A DNA stretch of 64,000 nt, from NCBI RefSeq assembly GCF_001194135.2, contig NC_068984.1, positions 46,813,103 through 46,877,102 of the forward strand. The letters are read 5' to 3'. Each line of letters opens with the position of its first letter. The stretch's first letter is position 1. Source of the stretch: Octopus bimaculoides (Eukaryota). Position numbers and translations under genes: made by a program. This document shows, in pieces, positions 38,000-50,734 of the stretch. Under the pieces are notes generated by a model that saw only the letters and a list, made by a program, of their open reading frames with translations, searched no databases and had not been told where the DNA came from.

Positions 38000-38490
38000 G
38001 AATATAGACGTGAAGTGCGCACTCGACGAAATTTTCGTTTTCAATGAATGCATTGAGGAAAGTTACTGCAAGCTTTGGCAAAATTTTACTTAGCCTTTGA
38101 CGATAACGCCATGGGCAAAACTCATATTATGTAGTGGTACAACCACTTCAGAAATGACCGCACCTCAGTGGAAAGCGCGGTATGCTCAGGCATCCCATGC
38201 ACAAGACAAAAAGAGGACCCGATTGAGAAAGTTCAGGGAATAGTCATGGAGGACCGGCGTGTTATAATCCAAGCAATTGCTCAATAAGGGGAGATAAGCA
38301 CAAGATCAGTGCATTCAGTTTTCACGGATGATTTCTGCATATGGAAATTGTCGGCGAAATTCGTCCTCAGCGTCCTGGAGCAGCAACGGCAGATCCACAT
38401 GGAAATCGTTCAGTAGACGCTGAACTTTGCAAACCAAGACCCAGAATTCATGAAAACCATCACAACTGGAGATGAGGCATAGGTTTATAG
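38000..38490 (+). mobile_element. Decayed mariner transposase, N-terminal half
   Basis: AFDDNAMGKTHIM*WYNHF, EDRRVIIQAIA, LSAKFV, FMKTITTGDEA*VY (first catalytic Asp; compare ITGDETWVY). Confidence 0.88.
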
Positions 38491-39231
38491 TCTCTGCTCG
38501 ATGCGTTCAGTCAACTTTCGTGATAACGAAATATCTAACGTGCGCGATAATTTTTNNNNNNNNNNNNNNNNNNNNNNNNNNNNNNNNNNNNNNNNNNNNN
38601 NNNNNNNNNNNNNNNNNNNNNNNNNNNNNNNNNNNNNNNNNNNNNNNNNNNNNNNNNNNNNNNNNNNNNNNNNNNNNNNNNNNNNNNNNNNNNNNNNNNN
38701 NNNNNNNNNNNNNNNNNNNNNNNNNNNNNNNNNNNNNNNNNNNNNNNNNNNNNNNNNNNNNNNNNNNNNNNNNNNNNNNNNNNNNNNNNNNNNNNNNNNN
38801 NNNNNNNNNNNNNNNNNNNNNNNNNNNNNNNNNNNNNNNNNNNNNNNNNNNNNNNNNNNNNNNNNNNNNNNNNNNNNNNNNNNNNNNNNNNNNNNNNNNN
38901 NNNNNNNNNNNNNNNNNNNNNNNNNNNNNNNNNNNNNNNNNNNNNNNNNNNNNNNNNNNNNNNNNNNNNNNNNNNNNNNNNNNNNNNNNNNNNNNNNNNN
39001 NNNNNNNNNNNNNNNNNNNNNNNNNNNNNNNNNNNNNNNNNNNNNNNNNNNNNNNNNNNNNNNNNNNNNNNNNNNNNNNNNNNNNNNNNNNNNNNNNNNN
39101 NNNNNNNNNNNNNNNNNNNNNNNNNNNNNNNNNNNNNNNNNNNNNNNNNNNNNNNNNNNNNNNNNNNNNNNNNNNNNNNNNNNNNNNNNNNNNNNNNNNN
39201 NNNNNNNNNNNNNNNNNNNNNNNNNNNNNNN

Positions 39232-39269
<38 letters not shown>

Positions 39270-39899
39270 GTATAGCTTTATGAAACTTATTTCATTGAAA
39301 TAGCGGATCGGACGTTTCTAGTACTGGTTTTGTTAAAGGTATTCGTCAGCTACAGAAACGTGAATTTAACAGACATTTATCATCAGCCTAAATAATGACG
39401 ATACTCCACGCTCCAAACATATAACAGACAAAAACACTTGGCAAATAGTCACAAACATTTCTCTGACTACCTAACCATTATAATCAAAACGTAATGCTGC
39501 GATTTTTTATTCCTCTCACTTTTATAGGTGATCGCGTAGTATTATTTAAAAGATTATCTGAATATAATCTTTAAGTACTGACATTTTTATGTAATGTTAT
39601 GCAGTTCTGTGAACTTGTGAAGAGATATCATAACTGTATTTTCTGTTGTGTTATTTTTTCTTCTTTTCTTTACCGTTGTTGCTGCTGCTGTCGTTTTTAG
39701 TTTTGGTATTGTTGTTCTTCTGAAATGTCATGAATTGGACCAGTGTTTCATATATTCTTTTATCCAGATAGCATAATTTTAGTGTATTATAGGGAAATTG
39801 ACATTTGATGGGATTTAATATTTGTTTCGTGCAGAGTGAATGTTTTCAAATAATGTTGACGTGATTGTTGTCCTGTCTTTCATTCTTCTGCCAAAATTC

Positions 39900-40300
39900 A
39901 ACGTGACCATTCCACTTCCTTGTTAGGGTTTTAGTTTCACAACTAATTTATTCTGTATAAACATTCAAATTCTAACTAGTTATGAGAATTTGAAGAGCAT
40001 TTGGCTGGCAATGCTAGCAGTTATACCTCTAAGATTTCTTTGTAGGTTCAACGCACGCCTGAAGATTCTAATGTTGACAAAGGCGTACACATTTAAATTG
40101 GGCTTTATCAGAGCACTTCAAGTGTTGTTTGTAAATATCATTAATGATATGGATGGTATCTTCATGTTTTCGGCTCATGCAGCTTGCTTTTGCTGAAAGA
40201 GGTGTTTTTTCATATGTGTTTTCCATGCCCTACTAGCGTGAGATTTTTAATTGGAATAAGATATACTTTCGTTTCAGACGAAGTGTTTGCTGGAGAAGTT
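39900..40300 (-). mobile_element. Possible very old PLE GIY-YIG remnant
   Basis: One frame reads KVYLIPIKNLTLVGHGKHI*KT...RKHEDTIH...QHLKC. Spacing resembles VY.I...YIG.T...R..H, with TGA where GGA is expected. Confidence 0.35.
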
Positions 40301-40883
40301 ACAAGATAGTTGGTTTCTTCCCAATACATCACAGCTCTGTCTCCCAGTGGTATACGAACTAGACAAACAAGTCACAATTTACTAATGATTGCGAGCACAC
40401 AAACAACGTTAAGCTGCATGGTTCCTGTTCTAATTTACAAACACATACAAACATAACATCACCTGCACAAATACATATATATCTGCATAGATAGATAGAC
40501 CTATACGTATTTGTGTAGCCGTACTTGTATTCTTATACGAATGAATAAGCGTGTGTGCTTTATCGATTGTTGACAATATTTGTCTCCAGATTTCTCTGTT
40601 ATAATTTCCTCTTCTCATAATGTCGTGTGAGACAGCCATCAGGATAAGGCAGGAACATACATTCGAATTTATAGTGATTTGATGGAGCGCGCAGGTGAAA
40701 ATATAATCTTGTAACATTACGTGATTTTAGTATATGAGAATATTTACCGGACGCCTTTCATCCGATATATGTTTCTTGGTCTCTTCCACTAGATATATAG
40801 CAACAGATTAATTACATTATTTTAACCAAAGTCGCTATTGATTTTTTCTTATTCGTTTCAGTCTAGGAATAACATTATTTACA

Positions 40884-40922
<39 letters not shown>

Positions 40923-42037
40923 GTGTGTGTGTGTGTGCCTGTATATATAGATATGTATATATATATATATGTGTGTGTACATGCATATACAATCACACAT
41001 ATATGTCAATATACTTGCATTCATACATACACGCATACATGTATATACACAGATGTCTATAATGAAAATGGAATTTACAAAGGTGAAAAAGCATATAATA
41101 CTCCACTGCGCAAATACGCGCAGCCCAACGTTAAACATCAACCAAATATCATCACACTTTCTATACTCTACAACAAACTTGTTCAACTTCACTCTACCAA
41201 CAACCAAAGCTTGTGGGATATATATGAGTGGACAGAACCTAGGCTTGGAGTGTAAACATGATGATGAATACAAGAAAATATTGTGACAAGGAGGGCATCT
41301 GAGTAAATTAAAGCATGTTGGCCGAATATGATATACAGACAAATTGTGGATATACAGACAAAGAACTGGAAAAATAGAAACTAACAGAAAGTCACAGACA
41401 GGGAGTAGAAAGAGTTAGAAAAAGAGAGAATAATATTGTTGCTAAAAAGAAAGGAAAACCAAAAGATAAATTGAAGAGGGAAGTAGAAAGGGATGCGAGT
41501 AATACAGTGTATGAACTATTGGAATAGAGTAACGGAAAATTGAAGACAGTTTTGGATGCATGCCTCGGCAATTATGTATTGAAGGAATGGAACCATATTA
41601 TGCAACATTGTAACAAACAAATTAAAAGAAATGATAATAGAACAAGATTCTTGATTTCCTTAACTATCTCGTGATGGATAAACACAGCATGGTCACCTCT
41701 TTCAAATGCATGTGCCATTATAGGGACAAGCATTCTCAAGCACCAGAGGAAACAACATAAATTCTAATAAACTAAACATTCTACTTTATGTTACTTTATA
41801 TTATTGTATACTTATTTGATTTAATTTAATGCATTCTATTCTTTGACCAATGAACTATTTCTTCGCTTTTAGTATTATTACCAATATAATAATACAGGAT
41901 TTTATACATTAACAGAAACGTTACTTTGCCCTAGGTATGTATGTATTTACGTATGTATGTATGTATGTATGTATGTATGTATGTATGGATGGATGGATGG
42001 ATGGATGTATGCATGTATGTATATGTATACGTATGCA

Positions 42038-42183
42038 TTGCTTACCAACCACATACCACATGGTTACGGGTTCAGTCCCACTGCGTGGCACCTGGGCAGG
42101 TGTCTTCTACTATAGCCTCGGGCCGACCAAAGTGTTGTGAGTGGATTTGGTAGACGGAAACTGAAAGAAGCCCGTCGTATATA

Positions 42184-42218
<35 letters not shown>

Positions 42219-42449
42219 GTATGTATGTTTGTGCGTCTGTGTTTGTTCCTCCACCATCACTTGACAACCGATGCTGGTGTGTCTACGTCTACGTAACTTA
42301 GCAGTTCGGGAAAAATAGACCGATAGAATAAGTACTAGGCTTACAAAGAATAAGTCCTGGGGTCGATTTTCTCGACTAAAGGCGGTGCTCCAGCATGGCC
42401 GCAGTCAAATGACTGAAACAAGTAAAAGCGTAAAAGAGAGTAAAGAGTA
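42038..42449 (+). mobile_element. SINE family A, well conserved, lacking the first ~30 nt
   Basis: TTGCTTACCAACC...GGTTCAGTCCCACTGCGTGGCACC...GAATAAGTCCTGGGGTCGAT...GACTGAAACAAGTAAAAG. Confidence 0.93.
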
Positions 42450-42493
42450 TATATGTATCTCTCGCTCTCTCTCTCTATATATATATATATAGG

Positions 42494-42714
42494 GCGAAAT
42501 AAGTGTAAGGCAAATCCCAAGAAAGCAAATGTACGTATTAATCTAGACTTACCTTGCATTCAATATTTCAGGGTTATAATTCCTTTTTCTAGAAACTGAC
42601 GAATGTCATCAGTTTCTTAAAAAAGGGATTATAACCCCGAAATATTGAATGCAAGGTAAGTCTAGATTAATACATACATTTTCTTTCTTGGGATTTGCTT
42701 TACACTTATTTCGC
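42494..42714. repeat. 221-nt palindrome (106-bp arms, about 7 differences, 9-nt loop) with a hammerhead-like motif and splice-donor consensus in each arm
   Basis: GCGAAATAAGTG...AGAAACTGA / TCAGTTTCT...CACTTATTTCGC. Right arm 42617-42647 is TTAAAAAAGGGATTATAACCCCGAAATATTG, and AAG|GTAAGT lies at 42653-42661. Confidence 0.93.
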
Positions 42715-42799
42715 ACTTTTCTGGCCTTACCCACGATCCTTTATACTATATACATATAGTATAATTTATATATTTGTTTTCTTGGGGTTTGCCTTACAT

Positions 42800-43416
42800 T
42801 GGCTGAAGTTATCCTCTCGCTAAAATAGGGTATTTTAAGGAGGCATGTGTTGCTGGGTTTTCTATGTGTTCGGCATGTTGGTCGTCTTGGATACTTAAGC
42901 CGATTTACAATGGATCTAGGATACCCGTTGGTTTGAAATATATCTAGGAAACGTGTAGTGTGGGTCACCTTGTCCTCCGTTCTGCTGCATTTGCCTTGGA
43001 TGCGTGCAAGTTCGTTTCTGGCGTATCCTATTTTGGCACCGAGTGGAAGTGCTAAATTGTATTGGACAAACATATCTCTACTGGCTGCTTTCCTGTAGAA
43101 CTCGGTGTGGATCTCCCCTTCTTCCGGTATATTTAGTTTGAAATCAAGAAATGATAGTGATCCAGTGATTCGGGATGTTCTATAGTGAACTTTATGTTCA
43201 TGTCCATGTTATTGAACGTTGTGAATATTCTGTCAGCCTCTTCACGTGAGGTTGTGAGTATGAGGATGTCATCTACGTACCTGGTGAAGAAGGCGCATGA
43301 GCGGCAGATGTTGAGTGCTCGACGTTCCAGATGGTTCATATAGGTGAGGCCTAGTAGGCCCGAGAGACTGGATCCCATGGGGAGACCTGTTGCCTGTTTG
43401 TATATATGGTCCTGGA
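42800..43416 (-). mobile_element. Penelope-like element reverse transcriptase and thumb fragment, truncated by a gap
   Basis: YKQATGLPMGSSLSG, FTRYVDDIL, IKFTIEHPE, one frameshift, then TEFYRK, NELARI, NGYP, LKIPYFSE: characteristic PLE RT and thumb motifs. Confidence 0.92.
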
Positions 43417-45409
43417 NNNNNNNNNNTATATTAATCAAAGGTATTCCAACTTTGATTTTACGTTATATTTACAATCTTATAATAATATAATATAAGTTAA
43501 TATGATACGATCAAATGATAGAATATTAAATGTTCATTCTGATTGAACTAGTACTTTCATACATTAAACCATGAAATCTGCAGATTCATATAGTAGTGGT
43601 GACAGTTATGTTTTAGAATTTACAACTGTAATAGGATGGCTAAAATGTGTGCCTTAAATACATTTGTATAGACTCCAGGATGTTAAGTTTTGCAATCTGT
43701 TTTGCAATCTGACCAATCAGTGTATGGTTCCACTAAATTGCTTAAGTTACTTGGGTTACCTGGTCTTTGTTTTAGGCGTCACGGTTTGTTGAACATGTCA
43801 AAGCAGTAATAGTTTGGCTATTTTTGGAAATGTTGTAAACAACATTACCCAAGGCAATTAACATGTTAATTATCATCAGCACCATTATCATCACTTTTAT
43901 GATTGTTGTCGTTGTTGTTGTTGTTGGTGGTGGTGGTGGTAGGAGGAGCTGTGGTAATAGAAATTTAAACCCTTAATAAGATTATATATATATATATATA
44001 TATATATATNNNNNNNNNNNNNNNNNNNNNNNNNNNNNNNNNNNNNNNNNNNNNNNNNNNNNNNNNNNNNNNNNNNNNNNNNNNNNNNNNNNNNNNNNNN
44101 NNNNNNNNNNNNNNNNNNNNNNNNNNNNNNNNNNNNNNNNNNNNNNNNNNNNNNNNNNNNNNNNNNNNNNNNNNNNNNNNNNNNNNNNNNNNNNNNNNNN
44201 NNNNNNNNNNNNNNNNNNNNNNNNNNNNNNNNNNNNNNNNNNNNNNNNNNNNTATGTATGTATGTGTGTATGTATGTATGTGTTCATTTAGAAAAACCTC
44301 TCTTCTAGTACATATGTTTACCCGTGTATCTTTATACAGTGCTGTTGTTCCGATCAGTTTATCCCTTATTTAACAGACACGATAAAAACATTCGAATCAT
44401 GTTCACCCATTCTTGTGCTCTATGCAGCTTCATTGTATAAGGTGTCGTTCTTTTTCTAATGCGATCATGTGATTCTAGTGATACAAAGCTGTAATTAACT
44501 AGCCGAACTACTTAGCTTGTAGATGCCTTTTAGCTGTCTTGTCAATCAGTTAATTTACATGTGTCCATGTAAGAATTTTTCTGCAAATCCCCTTTTAACA
44601 TATGTGTATATCTTCTTGCATAGTGTTATAAATCTGCACGGTTATTAATCATGTCATAATGACAAAAACCTTGAAATAAATTCTATACTAATAAAAGAAA
44701 TTCATTGGAAAGAGCTATCGAGATATATTCAAAGTGTTGACATTTACATTCGCGTAATTATATTTATAAAAATCGTTTCTATCGAATTTTCGTGGTAATT
44801 TTTTTTTTCATTCTACATCCCGAATTTATATTATGTTACTGCAGGATTTTATTTCTGTTTTGTAATATTCTATATTGCTAATCTCGTTTCATATATCTCA
44901 ATATTCTGCGGGTTACACTTTCGTTATTATACCAAATATCAACTACAATAAAAGTGTTTGAATAAATTTCAAGCCCCAAACACCAAATGATCAAAAGTCT
45001 AACCAGAAACTTTGTAAACGTTTGCGCAAATGAGTTAACTATATGCGTGTGTGTGCGCGCTCGTGTGTGCATGGGTATGTGTGTGCGCGTGTGCGTGTGT
45101 GTGTACAGTATCTCACAGAAGTATGCACACTCCTAAAAAATTTCAGTAAAATTGCCATTACTCTGATAATATCGAAGAACATCTAACGAAACAGCTGTTA
45201 TACTTTGAATTTTTTTTCCAATAATAATAAAGTATATGACTTGAGATGTTTGCCTTGCCTTAACGTTTGTTGTCCTCTAACAATTATATATCCGCTATAT
45301 CGGAAATCTACAATGGCTCCATAACGACCGCCTCAGCTATAACTTTGGAGCCCTAGTAATCCGTTTAAGCACTTACCTGATGTATTTAGCCGTTTGAATC
45401 ACCTGTGAA

Positions 45410-45570
<161 letters not shown>

Positions 45571-46315
45571 TGTGTCTGTGTACGTGTGTGTAAGTGTGTA
45601 ACTATATTCATATATATGCTTATATAAGCTTTTGCCATTGCTCCTCGTGCGAATAACTGACTGATACGAAGTTGTCAAAAAACCCGTAACAAAACAAAAC
45701 AAGAAAATGGATAGATATCATGCGAAATTGATATAAATTTACAAAACATTGAACGCCAAATTTTCAAAGAATAACTGTGGTATAATCACGTCTTCAATAG
45801 AAAATAGCAAACATCCGCAAGCACAAAAGACATTCTCAGTAAGTAGAAGCAATGATAATTCTGTATCTGAATAGGAATCAAATTACAGCCGAAAGTGACC
45901 TTCTCTCCGTCTTCTTTTTCGGTTCTTTTTTCTTTGCTTCTACGTTATTTTAATTTTAGGCCGCTTGTAATTTGCGATTTATCATTAAACATTTTTTTCT
46001 ATACTGGAGTATGATGTTTTCTTAGCAAGACAATAAATATTGAGTAAACATTCTTGGTGTGCTTTTGATAGGTTATATAGTGTTTATGTTCGTTTCATTT
46101 ATTTAAGAGAGTTCCTTTAGTGCGAAACGCCAATCACTATTCATCGACATGCGGTATTCATAGACTGTTAAGTACATCCATATGTTTGCGTGTGTGTATT
46201 CGTGATTACAAAGATATCTCGCTATCATGTACATTTACATGTGTTTGTGAATGTTTACGCACGGGCATATATGCCATTAAATTGATTTATGCATGAAAAC
46301 ACACACACACACACG

Positions 46316-46379
<64 letters not shown>

Positions 46380-46751
46380 AACTATTATTTCTAAATCTCT
46401 TAACCGAGAAACATTCAGTAACAGTACTCTTGAGTAATGAGTATTTTCCAACATAATGTGGCAGTAATAGTTAGAACGAATGTTACTGTTATTTAGCCTC
46501 AGGAAATATCGTCTTCAGCTGCCTGTCGACACATTATCTGTGTTCTTACAGTTTCGACACACACAAACACAATATGCCCGTTCCCCAGTAAAATGTTACA
46601 CATACACACTCAAATAAAAAACATACACATATATACACACAATACAATCACAAAAATCACAGGAAACATTCTATCTATCTATCTATCCATCTATGCATGC
46701 ATTTATGTATGTATATATGGGTATATATTTATACACACACACATATACGTA

Positions 46752-46872
46752 TCGACTTTCATTCTTCAGGGGTCGATGAAATAAGTACCAGTTGAGCACT
46801 GGGGTCGATGTAATCACCTTGATCCTCTCAAGAAAATTGCAAGCTTTGTGTCAAAATTTTAAAACATTATTT
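46752..46872 (+). mobile_element. SINE family C, 3' fragment
   Basis: GGGGTCGATGAAATAAGTACCAGTTGAGCACTGGGGTCGATGTAATC. Confidence 0.85.
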
Positions 46873-47129
46873 GCATTCTTTAGTCTTTGGACTACAACGA
46901 CTCTAGCGCACTAAGTTGAGGTGTTTTGATAAAAAAAAAAATCTATCCCAGTGCCTACCTTGTAAGTTTTTTATTTATTTTTTCTTATTCTTTTTCTTGC
47001 TGAACAGCTAAGTTACGGAATATAAACAAATACCGTTTGACAAGCGAGTTGAGGAACAAAAGCAAACACAGAGATACACATATATATATACGAAAATATG
47101 CACACACATACACAAGCACACATACATAT

Positions 47130-47290
47130 CTGTAGACGAAGGGCTTCAACACAGTTTTCGACGAGTAAATTCACATCCAAGTCATTGGTACCCTCGGAGT
47201 CCATACTAGAAGATATTTACCCAAGGTGCTGCGCGGTGGATTAAATATCGATTCATGTAGTTGCAAAATGAGCTTCTTTACTGCACAACT
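47130..47290 (-). mobile_element. SINE family A head, degenerate
   Basis: ACCCAAGGTGCTGCGCGGTGG and the flanking similarity match the reverse complement of the family A head. Confidence 0.65.
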
Positions 47291-47385
47291 ATTGCACACA
47301 CACACACACACACACACGTGCATCGTTCTCTTTCTCTCTTTCACATATACGTATGTATGTACATATATGTATATATATATATATA

Positions 47386-47424
<39 letters not shown>

Positions 47425-49036
47425 AATATATGAGTACATGTATGTACATACCTTCATCTACATGTACATATAGATACATAACTAGGTACATGACCTGGCA
47501 AAAGAACATGGACAAAATGATAAACAAGGTACAACAAACAAGCAAGCCACATAGAAACATCTCGTTCATCAGCTGCCACCATTAAAACACCGGCGTTCCG
47601 AAGAATTAAGGCAGTACGCATTGTTGAAATGGTTCTTCACACGAACACAAATAAAATTATTTTCGTGGAGGGTAGTGGCGGACGGAAAACAAGACAGGAA
47701 AACGAAACGGTGAATAAACAAACAAGCAAAGAGGGTGTACAGCCAGACGTGAAGTGGGTATGTATTGAACGCTGTGAAGCACGAACAGGAGGGGCAAAGA
47801 AGTAGGTGCGAGCTTGGGGTGTCCAAGAACGAAAAGAAATAGCAGCCGGACACACGTGACCAGTGTTGTGTAAAGAGAAAGAGTAGCAGAGGGAAAAGAA
47901 GGGGAGGAAGTAGAATAAAAGTGAGCAACGAGAGGTAGAGAGGGAGAGAGATAGTAGTGACAAGGAGAGGCGAAGAACAGTAGAGGGAAGAATGAGAGGG
48001 GGAGATNNNNNNNNNNNNNNNNNNNNNNNNNNNNNNNNNNNNNNNNNNNNNNNNNNNNNNNNNNNNNNNNNNNNNNNNNNNNNNNNNNNNNNNNNNNNNN
48101 NNNNNNNNNNNNNNNNNNNNNNNNNNNNNNNNNNNNNNNNNNNNNNNNNNNNNNNNNNNNNNNNNNNNNNNNNNNNNNNNNNNNNNNNNNNNNNNNNNNN
48201 NNNNNNNNNNNNNNNNNNNNNNNNNNNNNNNNNNNNNNNNNNNNNNNNNNNNNNNNNNNNNNNNNNNNNNNNNNNNNNNNNNNNNNNNNNNNNNNNNNNN
48301 NNNNNNNNNNNNNNNNNNNNNNNNNNNNNNNNNNNNNNNNNNNNNNNNNNNNNNNNNNNNNNNNNNNNNNNNNNNNNNNNNNNNNNNNNNNNNNNNNNNN
48401 NNNNNNNNNNNNNNNNNNNNNNNNNNNNNNNNNNNNNNNNNNNNNNNNNNNNNNNNNNNNNNNNNNNNNNNNNNNNNNNNNNNNNNNNNNNNNNNNNNNN
48501 NNNNNNNNNNNNNNNNNNNNNNNNNNNNNNNNNNNNNNNNNNNNNNNNNNNNNNNNNNNNNNNNNNNNNNNNNNNNNNNNNNNNNNNNNNNNNNNNNNNN
48601 NNNNNNNNNNNNNNNNNNNNNNNNNNNNNNNNNNNNNNNNNNNNNNNNNNNNNNNNNNNNNNNNNNNNNNNNNNNNNNNNNNNNNNNNNNNNNNNNNNNN
48701 NNNNNNNNNNNNNNNNNNNNNNNNNNNNNNNNNNNNNNNNNNNNNNNNNNNNNNNNNNNNNNNNNNNNNNNNNNNNNNNNNNNNNNNNNNNNNNNNNNNN
48801 NNNNNTATCAAAAATATCGCTATCAATCTGGAGTAATAATTTGTAGTTTTGAAATTAGTAGTTCTTTGACTGCTATTTCTGAATTCTCAGTATGTTGGAG
48901 AAGCAGGTTACTGTCAATCCCTATATATTTATGATTATAAATGTTTTTTACCGAAAAGGTTTTTTCATACTGAGCTACCCGGCAAAATTGTTAATTATTA
49001 ATTTTATTACTAATTGACGATTCCCTGCCCTGCATA

Positions 49037-49075
<39 letters not shown>

Positions 49076-49637
49076 TAGATTAATAGCTTCTAAGCTAGCT
49101 CCTTTGGAAAGCTCTCCATTAGGTCTAACAATGACCCTTCATGCATTGAGTATATATTAGATTTTATTAAACTTTAACAACAAACATTGAACAATTATCA
49201 TCAAAACAATGAAATGATTTGTCGACTTGGAATTTATTGCAAAGCTGCATGATAGCCATCACTATCGCCGCCACATCTGCCATACGCACACCATTCAGAC
49301 TTTTCGCCGCCTTCTCCACCACCACTGTCATTATCGTCTTTCACATCACTTACTCTTACCGTCATCCCTCACCACCTTGGCTACCACCACCATCACAATC
49401 ATCACCGCTGCCTCCGCCTCTATCGCAACTACAGCTCATTCTATTACTATCACCGCATTACCATCACGAAAAGGCTAATGTGTGCGTAAATAATTGTGTT
49501 CGTTCAGTATGTTGGTTCAATGTTCAGTCCCTCTTTCTCTTTCTCTTGTTATTACTCCCACGGCCACCATCAACACTACTACTTTTAATAAATACATCAT
49601 CAACTGTCCCTAAATTTCTTTCTTTCTTTCTTTCTTT

Positions 49638-49715
<78 letters not shown>

Positions 49716-49865
49716 CACCACCGCCCTAACCGTCTCTATACCTATTATTATTCTCATCCCAGCATAAGCAATAATAGAAGNNNNNNNNNNATGAATTGTG
49801 ATAGCGGGGTCGAAGTTTGACACACTGACACACAGAAAATAGTCTTCACATTTATTATATTGCAT

Positions 49866-49912
<47 letters not shown>

Positions 49913-50088
49913 CATAGAGAAACACTCGGAAAGGACACTCAAGAACAATGCTAAATACTATACATCATAAATCATTGAATATGCGAATATGCGACAACTG
50001 AATCAGTGAAATGAATGCTAGTAAAAGAACGTGAGTGCACCAACGAAAGAAAGACGACCTCAGCACAGGAGTCTAACATATTATTTAA

Positions 50089-50185
50089 AGCAGTTTGATT
50101 CTGCCAAATGCAGCTGAGTCCGACAAGATACGTTTCTGTAAGAAGCCTGCAAAAATTTAATTTGCAGCGCCCAAATCAAACTGCT
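50089..50185. mobile_element. 97-bp MITE with 12-bp perfect TIRs and TTAA/TTAT flanks (Kolobok-like termini)
   Basis: TTAA|AGCAGTTTGATT ... AATCAAACTGCT|TTAT. Confidence 0.55.
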
Positions 50186-50203
50186 TTATGTGCTGTGTAT
50201 ATA

Positions 50204-50436
50204 CAGGCCTGGCCAAAAGTCACCTGACTGTTAATCAAAACATTTGAATTCCAAGATTTATTTATGCTTAACAACTGAATGAATTTAATAAAAGCATCTA
50301 AATATGAAACATCATGAAAATTGTTCAAACCGAAGTCTTTCTTGAACGACATACTTTTCCATTCGAGTCAATACAGAATGACAAATAGTATTTATGGAAT
50401 TTGGATTTACTGTCGAGTGACTTATCGCCAACCCTG
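50204..50436. mobile_element. Tc1/mariner-type MITE with ~26-bp TIRs and TA flanks
   Basis: TA|CAGGCCTGGCCAAAAGTCACCTGAC ... GTCGAGTGACTTATCGCCAACCCTG|TA. Confidence 0.8.
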
Positions 50437-50442
50437 TATATA

Positions 50443-50734
50443 CAACGAGGGTTCCAGTTGACCCGATCAACGGAACAGCCTGCACGTGGAATTAACGATT
50501 AGTGGCTGACCACTCCACAAAACCGCGTACACTTAACGTAGTTTTCAGGGTGATTCAGCATGACAAAATTTAATAAGGGCAGCCCTTTGAAATACAGGTA
50601 TAAGTCATTTTTGACAGATGAGTAGATTGAGGCAATGTGAAATAAAGTGTCTTGCTGAAGGAAACTACGCGTCACCTAGAATAGAACTCACAACCCTACG
50701 CTCATGAGCCGAATACTCTAATCACTAAACCACG
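50443..50734 (-). mobile_element. tRNA-derived SINE, CORE-type (family B)
   Basis: Minus strand has a tRNA-like head, then CAGCAAGACACTTTATTTCACATTGCCTCAATCTACTCATCTGTCAAAAATGA (CORE-like block shared with 51.7 kb). Confidence 0.8.

Noticed and set aside
39900-40410. Selenoprotein or secreted-protein pseudogene (long frame with two TGA codons and a hydrophobic start)
   Set aside because: No SECIS-like element was recognised, two stops in about 114 codons is within chance across many frames, and a decayed GIY-YIG reading fits at least as well.
45770-46050. Plus-strand mini-gene (donor GTAAGT at 45839, strong acceptor at 45960)
   Set aside because: The peptide has no recognisable similarity and the upstream acceptor is weak. 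Such sites are common by chance in AT-rich DNA.
49220-49470. Pro/His/Thr-rich coding exon
   Set aside because: It is degenerate CAC/CAT triplet low-complexity sequence next to (TTTC)n(CT)n.
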